In this document: one piece after another, positions 37,323 to 46,700 of the stretch | Numbering within the stretch: the stretch's first letter is position 1 | How the letters are laid out: each line of letters starts with the position of its first letter | Assembly: GCA_038227875.1 (NCBI GenBank) | Contig: JBBRPR010000007.1 | Coordinates: forward strand, 1 to 64,000 | Origin: Planctomycetota bacterium | Lineage (GTDB): Bacteria > Planctomycetota > SZUA-567 > H5-PLA8 | DNA length: 64,000 bases | Direction of reading: 5' to 3' | Notes under the pieces: model-generated | What the model was told of the DNA's origin: nothing | Databases searched by the model: none | The model's input: the letters and a program-made list of their open reading frames with translations, nothing else | Position numbers and translations under genes: made by a program

Positions 37323-38102
37323 TTAGAATTCGCGCGCAAATCCGGCGGTCCAGCCGCCGTCCACCGTCAGGCAGACGCCAGTGATGTAGCTGCTTTCTGG
37401 CGCGGCCAGAAACAGCGCGGCATTGGCGATCTCTTCGACTTCACCCGGCCGCCCGAGCGGAATGTGGGCGATCATCGCCTTGGCCATTTCAGTGCCCTTC
37501 TGGTCTTCGCCGTAGAATAATTTGCGGGTGCCGTCGGTCAGAATCGATCCCGGCGCAATCGCGTTGACGAGGATGCCGAACCCGCCAAGCTCAATGGCCA
37601 TCGCCTTTGAAAAGTGGACGACCGCAGCCTTGGCGGACGCGAAGGCCGATTGATTGCGCAGAGGCACGGTGCCGACGATCGATGAAATGTTGATGATGCG
37701 ACCGGACTTCTGAGCTTTCATCACTTTCGCACAAGCTCTGCTGACGTAGAAAAGCCCATTCAGATCGATGTCGATGATGCGGTGCCACTCTTCCGTCGGA
37801 AATTCGTCGACCGTCGTGCGGACGCGCGTGTTGACGCCGGCGTTATTGACCACGATGTCGATCCTGCCGTAGGTCTTGACCAGTTCCTCAACGAGCTGGT
37901 TGACGCCGAGTTCCGACGTGACGTCCAGCCGGCGTCCGACGCAACCTGGGCATTCGGCGGCGGCCTCTTCGGCGTTCTTCTGGACGATGTCGGTGAAGAT
38001 CACCGTCGCACCGTTGTCAGCCAGGGCGCGCGCGATGGCACGGCCGATGTTCTGACCGGCGCCGGTGACCAACGCCACTTTCTTATTCAGATCAGTTTTC
38101 AT
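37323..38102 (-). CDS. SDR-family oxidoreductase
   Basis: TGAGQNIG, NNAG, INISS, NAIAPG; FASAK where YxxxK is usual. Confidence 0.92.
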   Translation of the reverse strand: MKTDLNKKVALVTGAGQNIGRAIARALADNGATVIFTDIVQKNAEEAAAECPGCVGRRLDVTSELGVNQLVEELVKTYGRIDIVVNNAGVNTRVRTTVDEFPTEEWHRIIDIDLNGLFYVSRACAKVMKAQKSGRIINISSIVGTVPLRNQSAFASAKAAVVHFSKAMAIELGGFGILVNAIAPGSILTDGTRKLFYGEDQKGTEMAKAMIAHIPLGRPGEVEEIANAALFLAAPESSYITGVCLTVDGGWTAGFAREF

Positions 38103-38824
38103 GACGTGTGCCCTTCGGGCTTGGCGACCACCACGACGCGCTCAAGTCGGCGGGTGAGCAGGTCCATGTGGAATCGCATCGCTTGTTCGGCCTTGTCTGG
38201 ATTGTGTTCGCGGATCGCCTGCAGAATGTCGAAGTGCTGGTCGCCGGCGTACGGCACGTCTTGTTCAACCGGCCGCGTCTGAACCATTCCGGCGTAGATG
38301 AATTCCTGGATTACCTGCATCACGTTGGACATCAGCGCGTTGTCGGAAATCGAGACGATCTTTAAATGGAACGCGAGATCGTGCTGCATTGCTTTCACAT
38401 CATCGGTCTCGTTTTTAAATGTGTCGTAGAGTTTCTGAAGTTCGGCGAGATCTTCGTCGGTGGCATTGGCTGCAGCGGCGCGGACGCAATCGCATTCAAT
38501 CGCGCGCCGCAGCTCCGCAACCTTGGTCACATCGCGTGGCGAGAAAGCCATCGCGCTGCGCACCAGCTTTGTGGTGGTCGAAAGCGTTCCGCCGTCGCCG
38601 ACAAACGTGCCCAGTCCGCGGCGGACACTGAGTAAGCCGATCGACTCCAACCGCTTGATCGCTTCGCGCAGAACGTTGCGGCTGATCTGAAGCTGGCCAG
38701 CCAGCTCCGGTTCGCTGGGCAACCGTGCGCCGGGGAGCAGTTCCCCCTTCTCTACGATCTCGCGGATCCGCGCGGCAACCTCGTCAACGCGGGACTTTTG
38801 AGTGGCCAAAGGTCGAACTTGCAT
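38099..38824 (-). CDS. FadR/GntR-family transcriptional regulator
   Basis: LPSEPELA..LQISRNVLREA..L...GL...RGLGTFV plus FCD domain. Confidence 0.92.
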   Translation of the reverse strand: MQVRPLATQKSRVDEVAARIREIVEKGELLPGARLPSEPELAGQLQISRNVLREAIKRLESIGLLSVRRGLGTFVGDGGTLSTTTKLVRSAMAFSPRDVTKVAELRRAIECDCVRAAAANATDEDLAELQKLYDTFKNETDDVKAMQHDLAFHLKIVSISDNALMSNVMQVIQEFIYAGMVQTRPVEQDVPYAGDQHFDILQAIREHNPDKAEQAMRFHMDLLTRRLERVVVVAKPEGHTS

Positions 38825-38840
38825 AGGCAGCGGCTCCACT

Positions 38841-38856
38841 TGTTGGACATCCAACA
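38841..38856. promoter_or_regulatory. Putative FadR operator
   Basis: TGTTGGA-ca-TCCAACA palindrome directly downstream of a minus-strand TTGCTT-N17-TAGGAT promoter. Confidence 0.6.
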
Positions 38857-39044
38857 TCCTACATTGTAAATTTACCATAAGCAAGCAAATTCCCGATGGT
38901 TTTGATCGTCAGTTGAGACGAGTCGCTCAAGAACGGCACCGGTCCCAAACTATCAAACACTTGACTTTATAGTCACTTACATGTATTGTTTTTCGAATTC
39001 CGTCTGTCGAAATATTATCCCGTTCGCCTTCTAGGAGGTACGAA

Positions 39045-39563
39045 ATGCGTCCTGTTCAAGTTGTTACGTGCATACTTCTGGCTTTTGGCGCGACCTTTGT
39101 CGTGCGCGCCGCGGAACCCGCGGACACTGAAAAGCCGAAGCACGTGGCCCCGGCCGACCGCTTCTGGCCGCGCGGTCCCGCCATTGCCGAATTGAAAAAG
39201 GACCTGGACCTCACCGACGACCAGCTCGCCAAGTCCAAGGCCGACGTCGATGCGGTGAAAAAAGCCTTCGATGCCAAGCCCGAAGTCATCGCCGCCGAAG
39301 AAGAATTGAAGAAGAACGAAGAAGCATACAAGGCTTCCGAGCAGAAGGTCCGCGCGCTCAAAGAAGGCAACATGTACCTCGACGAATTGAAGAAAGCGCT
39401 GCTGAACTCCCTGCCCGACGACAAGAAAGAAAAGGCGTTGCCGCTGCTGCACATCAAGGGCGCTCCCAAGGCCGAAAAGGGTGACAAGAAGGAAGCTCCG
39501 AAAGAAGCGCCCGCGAAGCCCGATGCCCCGAAAGAGAACGCCGGCGGAGAAATGAACAAGTAA
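39045..39563 (+). CDS. Secreted helical protein, loosely Spy/CpxP-like
   Basis: SD AGGAGG; signal peptide; LDLTDDQ motif; Lys/Glu-rich. Confidence 0.7.
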   Translation: MRPVQVVTCILLAFGATFVVRAAEPADTEKPKHVAPADRFWPRGPAIAELKKDLDLTDDQLAKSKADVDAVKKAFDAKPEVIAAEEELKKNEEAYKASEQKVRALKEGNMYLDELKKALLNSLPDDKKEKALPLLHIKGAPKAEKGDKKEAPKEAPAKPDAPKENAGGEMNK

Positions 39564-39603
39564 CGCGGATCAAAACTCAAACCGGGAACTCATAAAGGAG
39601 AAC

Positions 39604-39632
39604 GAAAGACGCGGCGGCTTGCCGCGTCTTTC
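39604..39632 (+). terminator. Hairpin terminator
   Basis: GAAAGACGCGGC-ggctt-GCCGCGTCTTTC. Confidence 0.6.
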
Positions 39633-39643
39633 CATTTCAAACC

Positions 39644-40381
39644 ATGACGCTAACCGAAGAAACCGTCGACCTGCCCACCGCCACCGGACCGATGCGGACG
39701 TCGATTTTCCGACCTGTGGCGCCGGGAAAGTACCCTGGCCTGCTTTTCTTCTCTGAGATCTTCCAGATCACCGCGCCCATCCGGCGCATGGCCGCGATGC
39801 TCGCCGGCAACGGTTTCGTCGTCGCGGTTCCCGAGATTTTCCACGAGATGGAAACGCCCGGCGCGGTGCTGGGCTACGACACCGCCGGCGCCGACCGCGG
39901 CAACAAGGACAAGATTACCAAGACCATCGCATCGTATGACGACGATGCGCGTGCCGTGATCAAGCACCTGCAAACCGCTCCGTACTGTTCCGGCAAGATC
40001 GGAAGTTTCGGCGTCTGCATCGGCGGCCATCTCTCATTCCGCGCCTCGATGAACCCCGAGATCCTTGCCGGAGCGTGCTTTTACGCGACGGACATCCACA
40101 AGCGCAGCCTCGGCGCCGGAATGAACGACAATTCGCTCGACCGCATCCCCGAACTCAAATGCGAGATGCTGATGGTCTGGGGCCGCCAGGATCCGCACAT
40201 CCCCACCGAAGGCCGCGCCTTGATCTACCAGAAGATGACGGAAGCCAATGTCAGCTTTACCTGGCACGAATTCAACGCCGCTCACGCCTTCATGCGCGAC
40301 GAAGGCCCCCGCTACGACCCGGAAATCGAGCTGACCTGCTGGCACCTGTTGCTGTCGCTGTTCAAGCGCAAGTTGATTTGA
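39644..40381 (+). CDS. Dienelactone hydrolase-family protein
   Basis: SEIFQ, GVCIGG nucleophile, QDPHIP, AHAFMRD. Confidence 0.92.
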   Translation: MTLTEETVDLPTATGPMRTSIFRPVAPGKYPGLLFFSEIFQITAPIRRMAAMLAGNGFVVAVPEIFHEMETPGAVLGYDTAGADRGNKDKITKTIASYDDDARAVIKHLQTAPYCSGKIGSFGVCIGGHLSFRASMNPEILAGACFYATDIHKRSLGAGMNDNSLDRIPELKCEMLMVWGRQDPHIPTEGRALIYQKMTEANVSFTWHEFNAAHAFMRDEGPRYDPEIELTCWHLLLSLFKRKLI

Positions 40382-40397
40382 GTTTGGCCACGTTTTT

Positions 40398-40561
40398 TAA
40401 TCTCACGCAAAGCCGCAAAGACGCAAAGAACAGCAAAGAACGACGGGATTCGGGATTCGGGATTAGGGATTCTGGATTCCCCGTTGTCTTCGAATGCGAA
40501 TCCCGATTCCCGAATCCCGCGTCCCGCCGTTCGTAGTTCATTGCGGCTTTGCGTGAGATTA
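40398..40561. repeat. MITE-like nested inverted repeat element
   Basis: Perfect 21-bp terminal IR TAATCTCACGCAAAGCCGCAA/TTGCGGCTTTGCGTGAGATTA around (CGGGATT)n/(AATCCCG)n arms. Confidence 0.85.
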
Positions 40562-40990
40562 GAACCCAAAGTTGCGCGAGCGTTCCTTCTTAATCTTGCT
40601 GTGCGCCTTTTTCTCGTCGATGCGACGTTGCACGCTGCCGCGCGAGGGTTTGCTTTTTTTGCGGATCTTCGGGTCGCGGTAGATGCTCATCACGAGCATC
40701 GAGAGGCGCTCCACGCACGCGCGGCGGTTGGCTTCCTGCGTGCGCGCGGTGTCGGACGCGATCAGCAAGTCGCCGTCGGCGGTGATCTTATTGGCCGCGG
40801 CGCGGCTGAGTCGCTGACGGGCGCCATCGCTCAGGCCGAGAATCTCCTCCGGCCGGATGCGCAACTCCGCCTTGGTGTTGACCTTGTTGACATTCTGGCC
40901 GCCGGGCCCGCCGGAGCGCGCGTAATGGTAGCGCAACGCGGTGCGGGCGAGCGTAATGCCGGGGGCCAGGGAGATCGTCGCGCTTTCCAT
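40559..40990 (-). CDS. arfB: Alternative ribosome-rescue peptidyl-tRNA hydrolase
   Basis: RSGGPGGQNVNKVNTK (GGQ), RTQEANR, basic C-terminal tail. Confidence 0.93.
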   Translation of the reverse strand: MESATISLAPGITLARTALRYHYARSGGPGGQNVNKVNTKAELRIRPEEILGLSDGARQRLSRAAANKITADGDLLIASDTARTQEANRRACVERLSMLVMSIYRDPKIRKKSKPSRGSVQRRIDEKKAHSKIKKERSRNFGF

Positions 40991-41063
40991 GGAGAGTAGT
41001 ATACCACACGCGCGCTTCCGATTCGACAAGCGTGGCCAAACTGCTATGCTCCCGGCATCCAAA

Positions 41064-41091
41064 AATTGTGGTGCAGGCGTCCCGCCTGCAA
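41064..41091 (+). repeat. REP-like 28-bp repeat (copy 1)
   Basis: AATTGTGGTGCAGGCGTCCCGCCTGCAA, identical at 42266-42293. Confidence 0.9.
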
Positions 41092-41138
41092 ATTTCCGCG
41101 CCGCTGAAGTAACGATTTAAAATAAAAAAGGGGACGCC

Positions 41139-42215
41139 ATGAGCCTGCTCGCCTCACCCACCGTTGAACTTTCACCGGACAAGATGCTTGAAAAATACAT
41201 CCTCGCCACGGCCTCGCGGCACGAGCCGATCCCTGTCGATTCCGACGACGGCAAGCGCCTCTACCGCGCGCTGGCCCTGCACATCTGGAACCAGCATCAG
41301 CGCCCCGTCATCGCCAGCGATATCCGCGACCTGTGGGAGAAGATTGATTCGATTAAGCGTGGCGGCGCCGTCGGTTACGGACTCACAGGCATCCACTTCT
41401 GGGCCGCCGACTTCGCCAACGCGCTGGCCAGCGACACTCTGGCGCTCGACGCGTCGGCGCAGGACCGCCTCTCGGCGTGGCTCAACGACTGGCCCAACAT
41501 CTGCATTCTCGGCCACACCGGCCGCGGCAAGTCCTCGACGATCAACCGCCTCTTCGGCCTTCGCATGGCCGAGATCGGCCATCACCGCTCGACAACGCAA
41601 ACCGTCTCCGATTACCGTCTAATCACGGGCAGTTTCCTCGGCAAGCCCACCGGCGTGGTCCTGTGGGACGTTCCCGGCTACGGCGACGACCGCATGCCGT
41701 TCGAACGCTCGGTGAAACTATACCGGCGCATGGCGCGCAAATGCGACGTCGTTGTCTTCATGCTCGACAACGACCGCAGCGCGCAGCTCGACTTGAAGAT
41801 GTTCAAGAAACTCAACAAGCGCGTACCGTCGCTGCAGAAGAAGCTCGTCGTCGCCGTCAATAAGGCCGACCTATTCCATCCGTTCAACTGGGACGAGAAA
41901 GCCGGGACCCCCAGCGTCGCAATGCAGGAGAACATCAGCCAGCGCGTGGCCGTGGTCGCCGACTCCCTGGAACTGCGCCACAGCGACCGCATCGTCGCGA
42001 TCTCCGCATTGCGCAACTGGAACATCTTCTCGCTGCTGAGCGCCATGGTCGACGCCGCCGGCGAGACGAAGGGCGCGAGTCTGCTGAAAGCCGCGCATCC
42101 CGACGACACCGGCACGGAAGACAGCAGCGGCAAGAGCTCTGGCGACGCCGAAGGCCGGCAGCACGGCATCAACCGTTCGCTGCGCCGCCATTTCCGCGCG
42201 ATGATCGAGCGTTAA
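41139..42215 (+). CDS. YeeP/YfjP/YkfA-like (Era-related) GTPase with N-terminal extension
   Basis: GHTGRGKSS, DVPG, NKAD..HP..WD...PS, ISA. Confidence 0.8.
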   Translation: MSLLASPTVELSPDKMLEKYILATASRHEPIPVDSDDGKRLYRALALHIWNQHQRPVIASDIRDLWEKIDSIKRGGAVGYGLTGIHFWAADFANALASDTLALDASAQDRLSAWLNDWPNICILGHTGRGKSSTINRLFGLRMAEIGHHRSTTQTVSDYRLITGSFLGKPTGVVLWDVPGYGDDRMPFERSVKLYRRMARKCDVVVFMLDNDRSAQLDLKMFKKLNKRVPSLQKKLVVAVNKADLFHPFNWDEKAGTPSVAMQENISQRVAVVADSLELRHSDRIVAISALRNWNIFSLLSAMVDAAGETKGASLLKAAHPDDTGTEDSSGKSSGDAEGRQHGINRSLRRHFRAMIER

Positions 42216-42220
42216 AGACC

Positions 42221-42293
42221 AGCAGGCAGGACGCCTGCTCCAAAATTTTGCATCAGCGCGTCATGAATTGTGGTGCAGGCGTCCCGCCTGCAA
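42221..42293. repeat. REP doublet (degenerate inverted copy plus exact copy 2)
   Basis: 42221-42247 reverse-complements to AATTTTGGAGCAGGCGTCCTGCCTGCT; 42266-42293 is exact. Confidence 0.85.
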
Positions 42294-42296
42294 TAC

Positions 42297-43604
42297 TTAC
42301 TTGCTAGCCACCACCGCGCCCGCCGGGCGGTTGTCCATCACGGGCGCCGAGGCGCTCTGCTCCAGCGCCATCTTCGGTAGCCGCCATGCAACCCACAGCG
42401 CCATCAGAAACAATCCCGCGCCGGCAGCCGTAAATGTCGGCCAGAAAACCGGCATGAACTTTCCATTCGCGATCGGAATCCGAAACGCCGCGCCCAACTG
42501 AGCGCCGGCCTGCACTCCCAGCGACTGTCCCAGAAAAAAGAAGAACGCGAAAAGCGATACCGCCGTGCCCCGCGCTTTTGGCGCCAGTTCCGTGGCCTTT
42601 GTCTGCAGCGTGCTGTGCAGCGAATTGAAGCCGAAGCCCAGCATCATCGCGCCAGGGATGATCGGCCACCAAACCTGCATCTTTCCCAGCAGCGCCGCGA
42701 TAGCGAACCCGCCCAGCAGCAACGTCCCACCCATCAGTGCCAACTGCCACTGCTTCAGATTTCTCACAATACGCTTGGCGGTGAAACTGTAGATCAGGCC
42801 GCCCAGCCCATAGCAACTCAGCAGCATGCCCGCCTGCAACAGGCTCAGCGGGAACAAATTCTGCAGCGAACTGCTGATGTAGACGAAGCCGCCAAAGAGA
42901 AAAAAACCTTCCAGAAAAATGGCCGGATAGACAATGCGCGAATTGGGATTGGCCAGCACGTTCATGTACGCCTGGATCGGCGGCGTGCGCGGCTTGTTCG
43001 GATCGTGAACCGGTTTCGGTTCGCTGCGAGCGCCATTCCAATAGGCCACCACGACGATCATCGAGAGTCCACCGAGCACGATAAAGACGTTGCGCCAGCC
43101 GATGTACTCGCCGCAACCACCGCCCAGCGGCCCGCTCAACACGCTGCCGAGCATCAATGCGCTCATGAATTGTCCGAGCATCGCCTGGCGCTTGTCCGGC
43201 GCGAACTTGTCGCCGATGTAGGCAATCGAAAGCGGAATGATCGAAGCGGCGAACACGCCCGTGATGAAGCGCAGTGCAATCAGAAGGTACAACCCGGCCA
43301 TGTGCTGCGGCACGAATGCGCAGGCCAGCGTACCGAACGCGAAACAGGTGAAGCCCAGCGCCATCACGTGAACTTTGCCGATGCGATCGCCCAGCGGACC
43401 GTAGATCAACTGGCCGAGGCTGTACGGCAGCGCATACGCCGAAACCACATACGCAGCGGTCCCAATAGTAACGCCGAATTCGTCTTTGATCGTATTGAGG
43501 AGCGGATCGACAACGCGGGCGTCGGAGGCCACCATGAAGGCCGCAGCGCCGAGCATCAACAGCGACATGCGTTTGCCGGAAGATTGATCGGACGGGTTAT
43601 CCAC
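42297..43604 (-). CDS. MFS transporter
   Basis: GPLGDRIGK motif A; about 12 TM; ARGTAVSLF. Confidence 0.92.
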   Translation of the reverse strand: MDNPSDQSSGKRMSLLMLGAAAFMVASDARVVDPLLNTIKDEFGVTIGTAAYVVSAYALPYSLGQLIYGPLGDRIGKVHVMALGFTCFAFGTLACAFVPQHMAGLYLLIALRFITGVFAASIIPLSIAYIGDKFAPDKRQAMLGQFMSALMLGSVLSGPLGGGCGEYIGWRNVFIVLGGLSMIVVVAYWNGARSEPKPVHDPNKPRTPPIQAYMNVLANPNSRIVYPAIFLEGFFLFGGFVYISSSLQNLFPLSLLQAGMLLSCYGLGGLIYSFTAKRIVRNLKQWQLALMGGTLLLGGFAIAALLGKMQVWWPIIPGAMMLGFGFNSLHSTLQTKATELAPKARGTAVSLFAFFFFLGQSLGVQAGAQLGAAFRIPIANGKFMPVFWPTFTAAGAGLFLMALWVAWRLPKMALEQSASAPVMDNRPAGAVVASK

Positions 43605-43703
43605 GCAGTTCTCCGGAAGAGGACTGCACCATAAATATACTACGCGTACGTATTTTCCAGCAAAATCACGTCGGTACTTTTTGTCGTCTGCGGACGGTCA
43701 GAT

Positions 43704-43729
43704 ACCATATGGACTACAGTCCATATGGT
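43704..43729. repeat. Palindrome with core TATGGACTnnWGTCCATA (copy 2)
   Basis: ACCATATGGACT-ac-AGTCCATATGGT. Confidence 0.6.
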
Positions 43730-43742
43730 TAAAAGCCACCAG

Positions 43743-46700
43743 TCAATTCGTCTTACCGTTTTCCGGATCTGGCTTTTCAGTCGGCGGCGGATCGTCGGAC
43801 GGGCCGTGCGCGGCCAAGCGCAGCAACTGCGACGCAACGCCCGTCACCCACGAATGATCGCGGCTGGCTTTCTGGATTGCGCTGTTCCAGTTCGCCTGAG
43901 CATCAGCGGTCCGCTGGTCGGCAAAGGCGCGGATGCCGCTAAGCAGTTCCCACTCGGCGGCACTAAACAGGCGCGGCCCGGGCAGTGCCTTCAACTTGTC
44001 GCCCAATTCCGCGGGATTCAGTAGCGTCGGCGCGGAGAGCAACTTGGCGGCGAGCTTCACTTCGTCCGGCGTCTTGTCGCGTGAGATCAATCCCGAGAGC
44101 GCGTTGTAGCCCGTGCCCGTGCGCGCGATCTGCAGTGCGCAGAGCCGCACGGAAACCTTGCCGAACAGTTCCGGGTTCAAATCGGCCGTGGCCGAAAGCC
44201 CCTGGTATTTCTCATGCGCCTTGTCCATTTGCCCCAGCGCCATCAGCATGTCGCCGTATTCCAGAGCCCAGGCTCTGTCAGAGTCGTCGTTGGCGGCTTT
44301 CAGCGTCTGCGTCACGCTGTCGGAAATCGCGGCCAGGAATCGATCTCTCTTGTCGGCACTGACATTCTCCAGCGCAGCGAGCACACCGGGCGTCAACGCG
44401 GTGCCCGCGTTGCCAAACTCGCCGCGCGCACGCTGGTAGAAGTTGATCGCGTCTTCGTAGCGCCGCGCGGCCAGCATGTCGTGCATGGCTTCGTCGGCCA
44501 TCTTCACCAACCCCGGCGACGGGTACACGTGATAGACTTCGATCAACGCCTGATAGTTGGGATCGCCACTGGCCGTCGTCATGCGCCGCCGGCCCAGCGC
44601 CTCGGCGCTCTGCTGGATCTCCGGATTATCCTGCGCAATGAATTTGCCGGCGTGGTTAAGCAGATCCAGCGCGGTGGATTGCGATTCCGGATCGTTGGCG
44701 GCGGCCAGCACGCCCACGGCCTCGGCAAACGCGGACGCCAGGCGCGTTTCGGTCGGTGACTTGGCGCGCAAAACATTATGCAGCTTGACCAGATCAGTGA
44801 AGCGTCCGCCTTTGATCAGCAATCGCGCGATCTTGTCGATCGAGTTGCCGATCTGCCCCAGCGCTTCGTCGTCTTGCGGCAGATACGCGACCATGACCGG
44901 CAGCAGCGAATCGGTGAACGCATTGAAATTCTCCCGGCCGGCGAGCATGCCGGAGTGCTTCTCAATCTGAGCGCAGACCTTCGCCAGCAATTGACGCGAC
45001 TGCCCGGCCGCGCGCGCAGGCGCTACGATGTGCTTGAGCAGCCGCGTGGCATCGACCATCTTCCCCTTCTCCACCGCGCGGTCGATGCCGTCGACGAACG
45101 ATTGGAACATGTATGCCGACGGGTACGCGGTGTGCAACGCGACCAGATCGTCGAAGCGGCCGCCGAAGCTCAACAACAGTCCCAGTTCGTTGGCCACCTT
45201 GCCGATGTGTTCAGAACCGGCGGTGATGCCCAGTTTCTGGAACAAGGCCAGAGCCGTTTCGAGTGGCAGGTCCGGATCCTCGTCGGCAGAGTGGTGCACG
45301 GCGGCGACGAGCACCGAATCGAGATTCCAGGCCAGCGGTTCGCCGATGGTGCGGTCGGGCCAGCCAACTTTCAATTCGCTCTGCACGCCCTTCCAATCGC
45401 GCGTCTTGGCCAGGCGCAGGATGCGGCGCAAATGGAGTTCGGTCGCCAGGGACACGGCTTCGCGTTCGGCGTTGTCCACTTCCTGCAGAAAACGATCCGC
45501 GCTGCCGGGTTCCTGGTGATCGTACTTGGCGCGGTCGCGGGTCAGTTCCTGGCGGCGCTGCTTGATCTGATCGCGGAACGTGTCCAACTCCCGTAACGCT
45601 TCTTGAAACATGTCGGGCTTTTCGAGCCACCACGAATTGATGTGGGTAATCTGGTTGATCAACCCCAGGGACAGATACGCCTGTGCGCTTTTGAAATGGT
45701 CGTCGCGCGTCGCCAGATCCTGCAGCCCCTTTTCCGCGGCCTGGTATTCGCCTTCGCGGAACTTCATGAAGCCCAGCTCTTCTTCCGGAACGTCGCGATG
45801 TCGGACGTCGACGGACTGAATCTCAATCGGCGGCACCAGCGACGGCGTGCGGAACACCAACCGCGTGTCCTTGAAGACCCAGTTGCTCAGATCGATGTCG
45901 TCGATCGCAATCGAGACGGAACGCGAGCCGCGATCGGGCATCAGCTGAAAGCTGAGCTTCGTGCCTTCGCGGTGGATGTTGAGCGTGTATTTTCCTTCGT
46001 CGAGTTCCGGGGCCTGTTTCTCAGCCTTCACTTCCAGTTCGATCATTCCGGGATCGCCGCTGGTCGTGCGCGCGTTCAGGTTTTTCGGCCCGATGATGCG
46101 CACCGTGCTGGGATTCGTGCGGTATTCGAAGAGGAACGGAATTCCTGCATACGGCTTCAACACGCTTTCGATGCCCACGCGCACGCCGGCTTCCGCAATC
46201 GCTTCGGGAATTTTGAAATGGATATCGGCATCCACGTCGCCGAAGCAATCTTCGCGAATCGACATCGCGTCTTTGCGCGGAAGGTGAATCGTCTTGCCGT
46301 CGACAAAATCCCAACCGTCGACTTCACTGCCGATGAAGCCGGTGGTGTTCTGGCACTTGTTGCCCGTCAGCTTGACGTGATCGCGCTGTTCGTCGTTCAA
46401 TTGCGCATCGTCGCGCAACGGGAACCACCAGTCCGGCCGCCAACGGGGCTTCTTGTTGATCTGTTCGTTGAAGCGCGCCTGCTTCAGCTCGATCTCTTCC
46501 TGCTTGGATTTCTGCACGCGCAGGTACGAAAACCCCAGCGCAAAGAGTACCACGAAAATCGCCGCGATCAGGGCGCTCTGCCGCCGCACGAACCGCGCGC
46601 CGAGGCGCACGAAGCCCGCCGGCTTGGCGCGGATCGCTTCTCCGGAGCGGAAACGCCGCAGGTCGTCGCGCAGGTCCGCCGCCGACGCGTAGCGCAGCCG

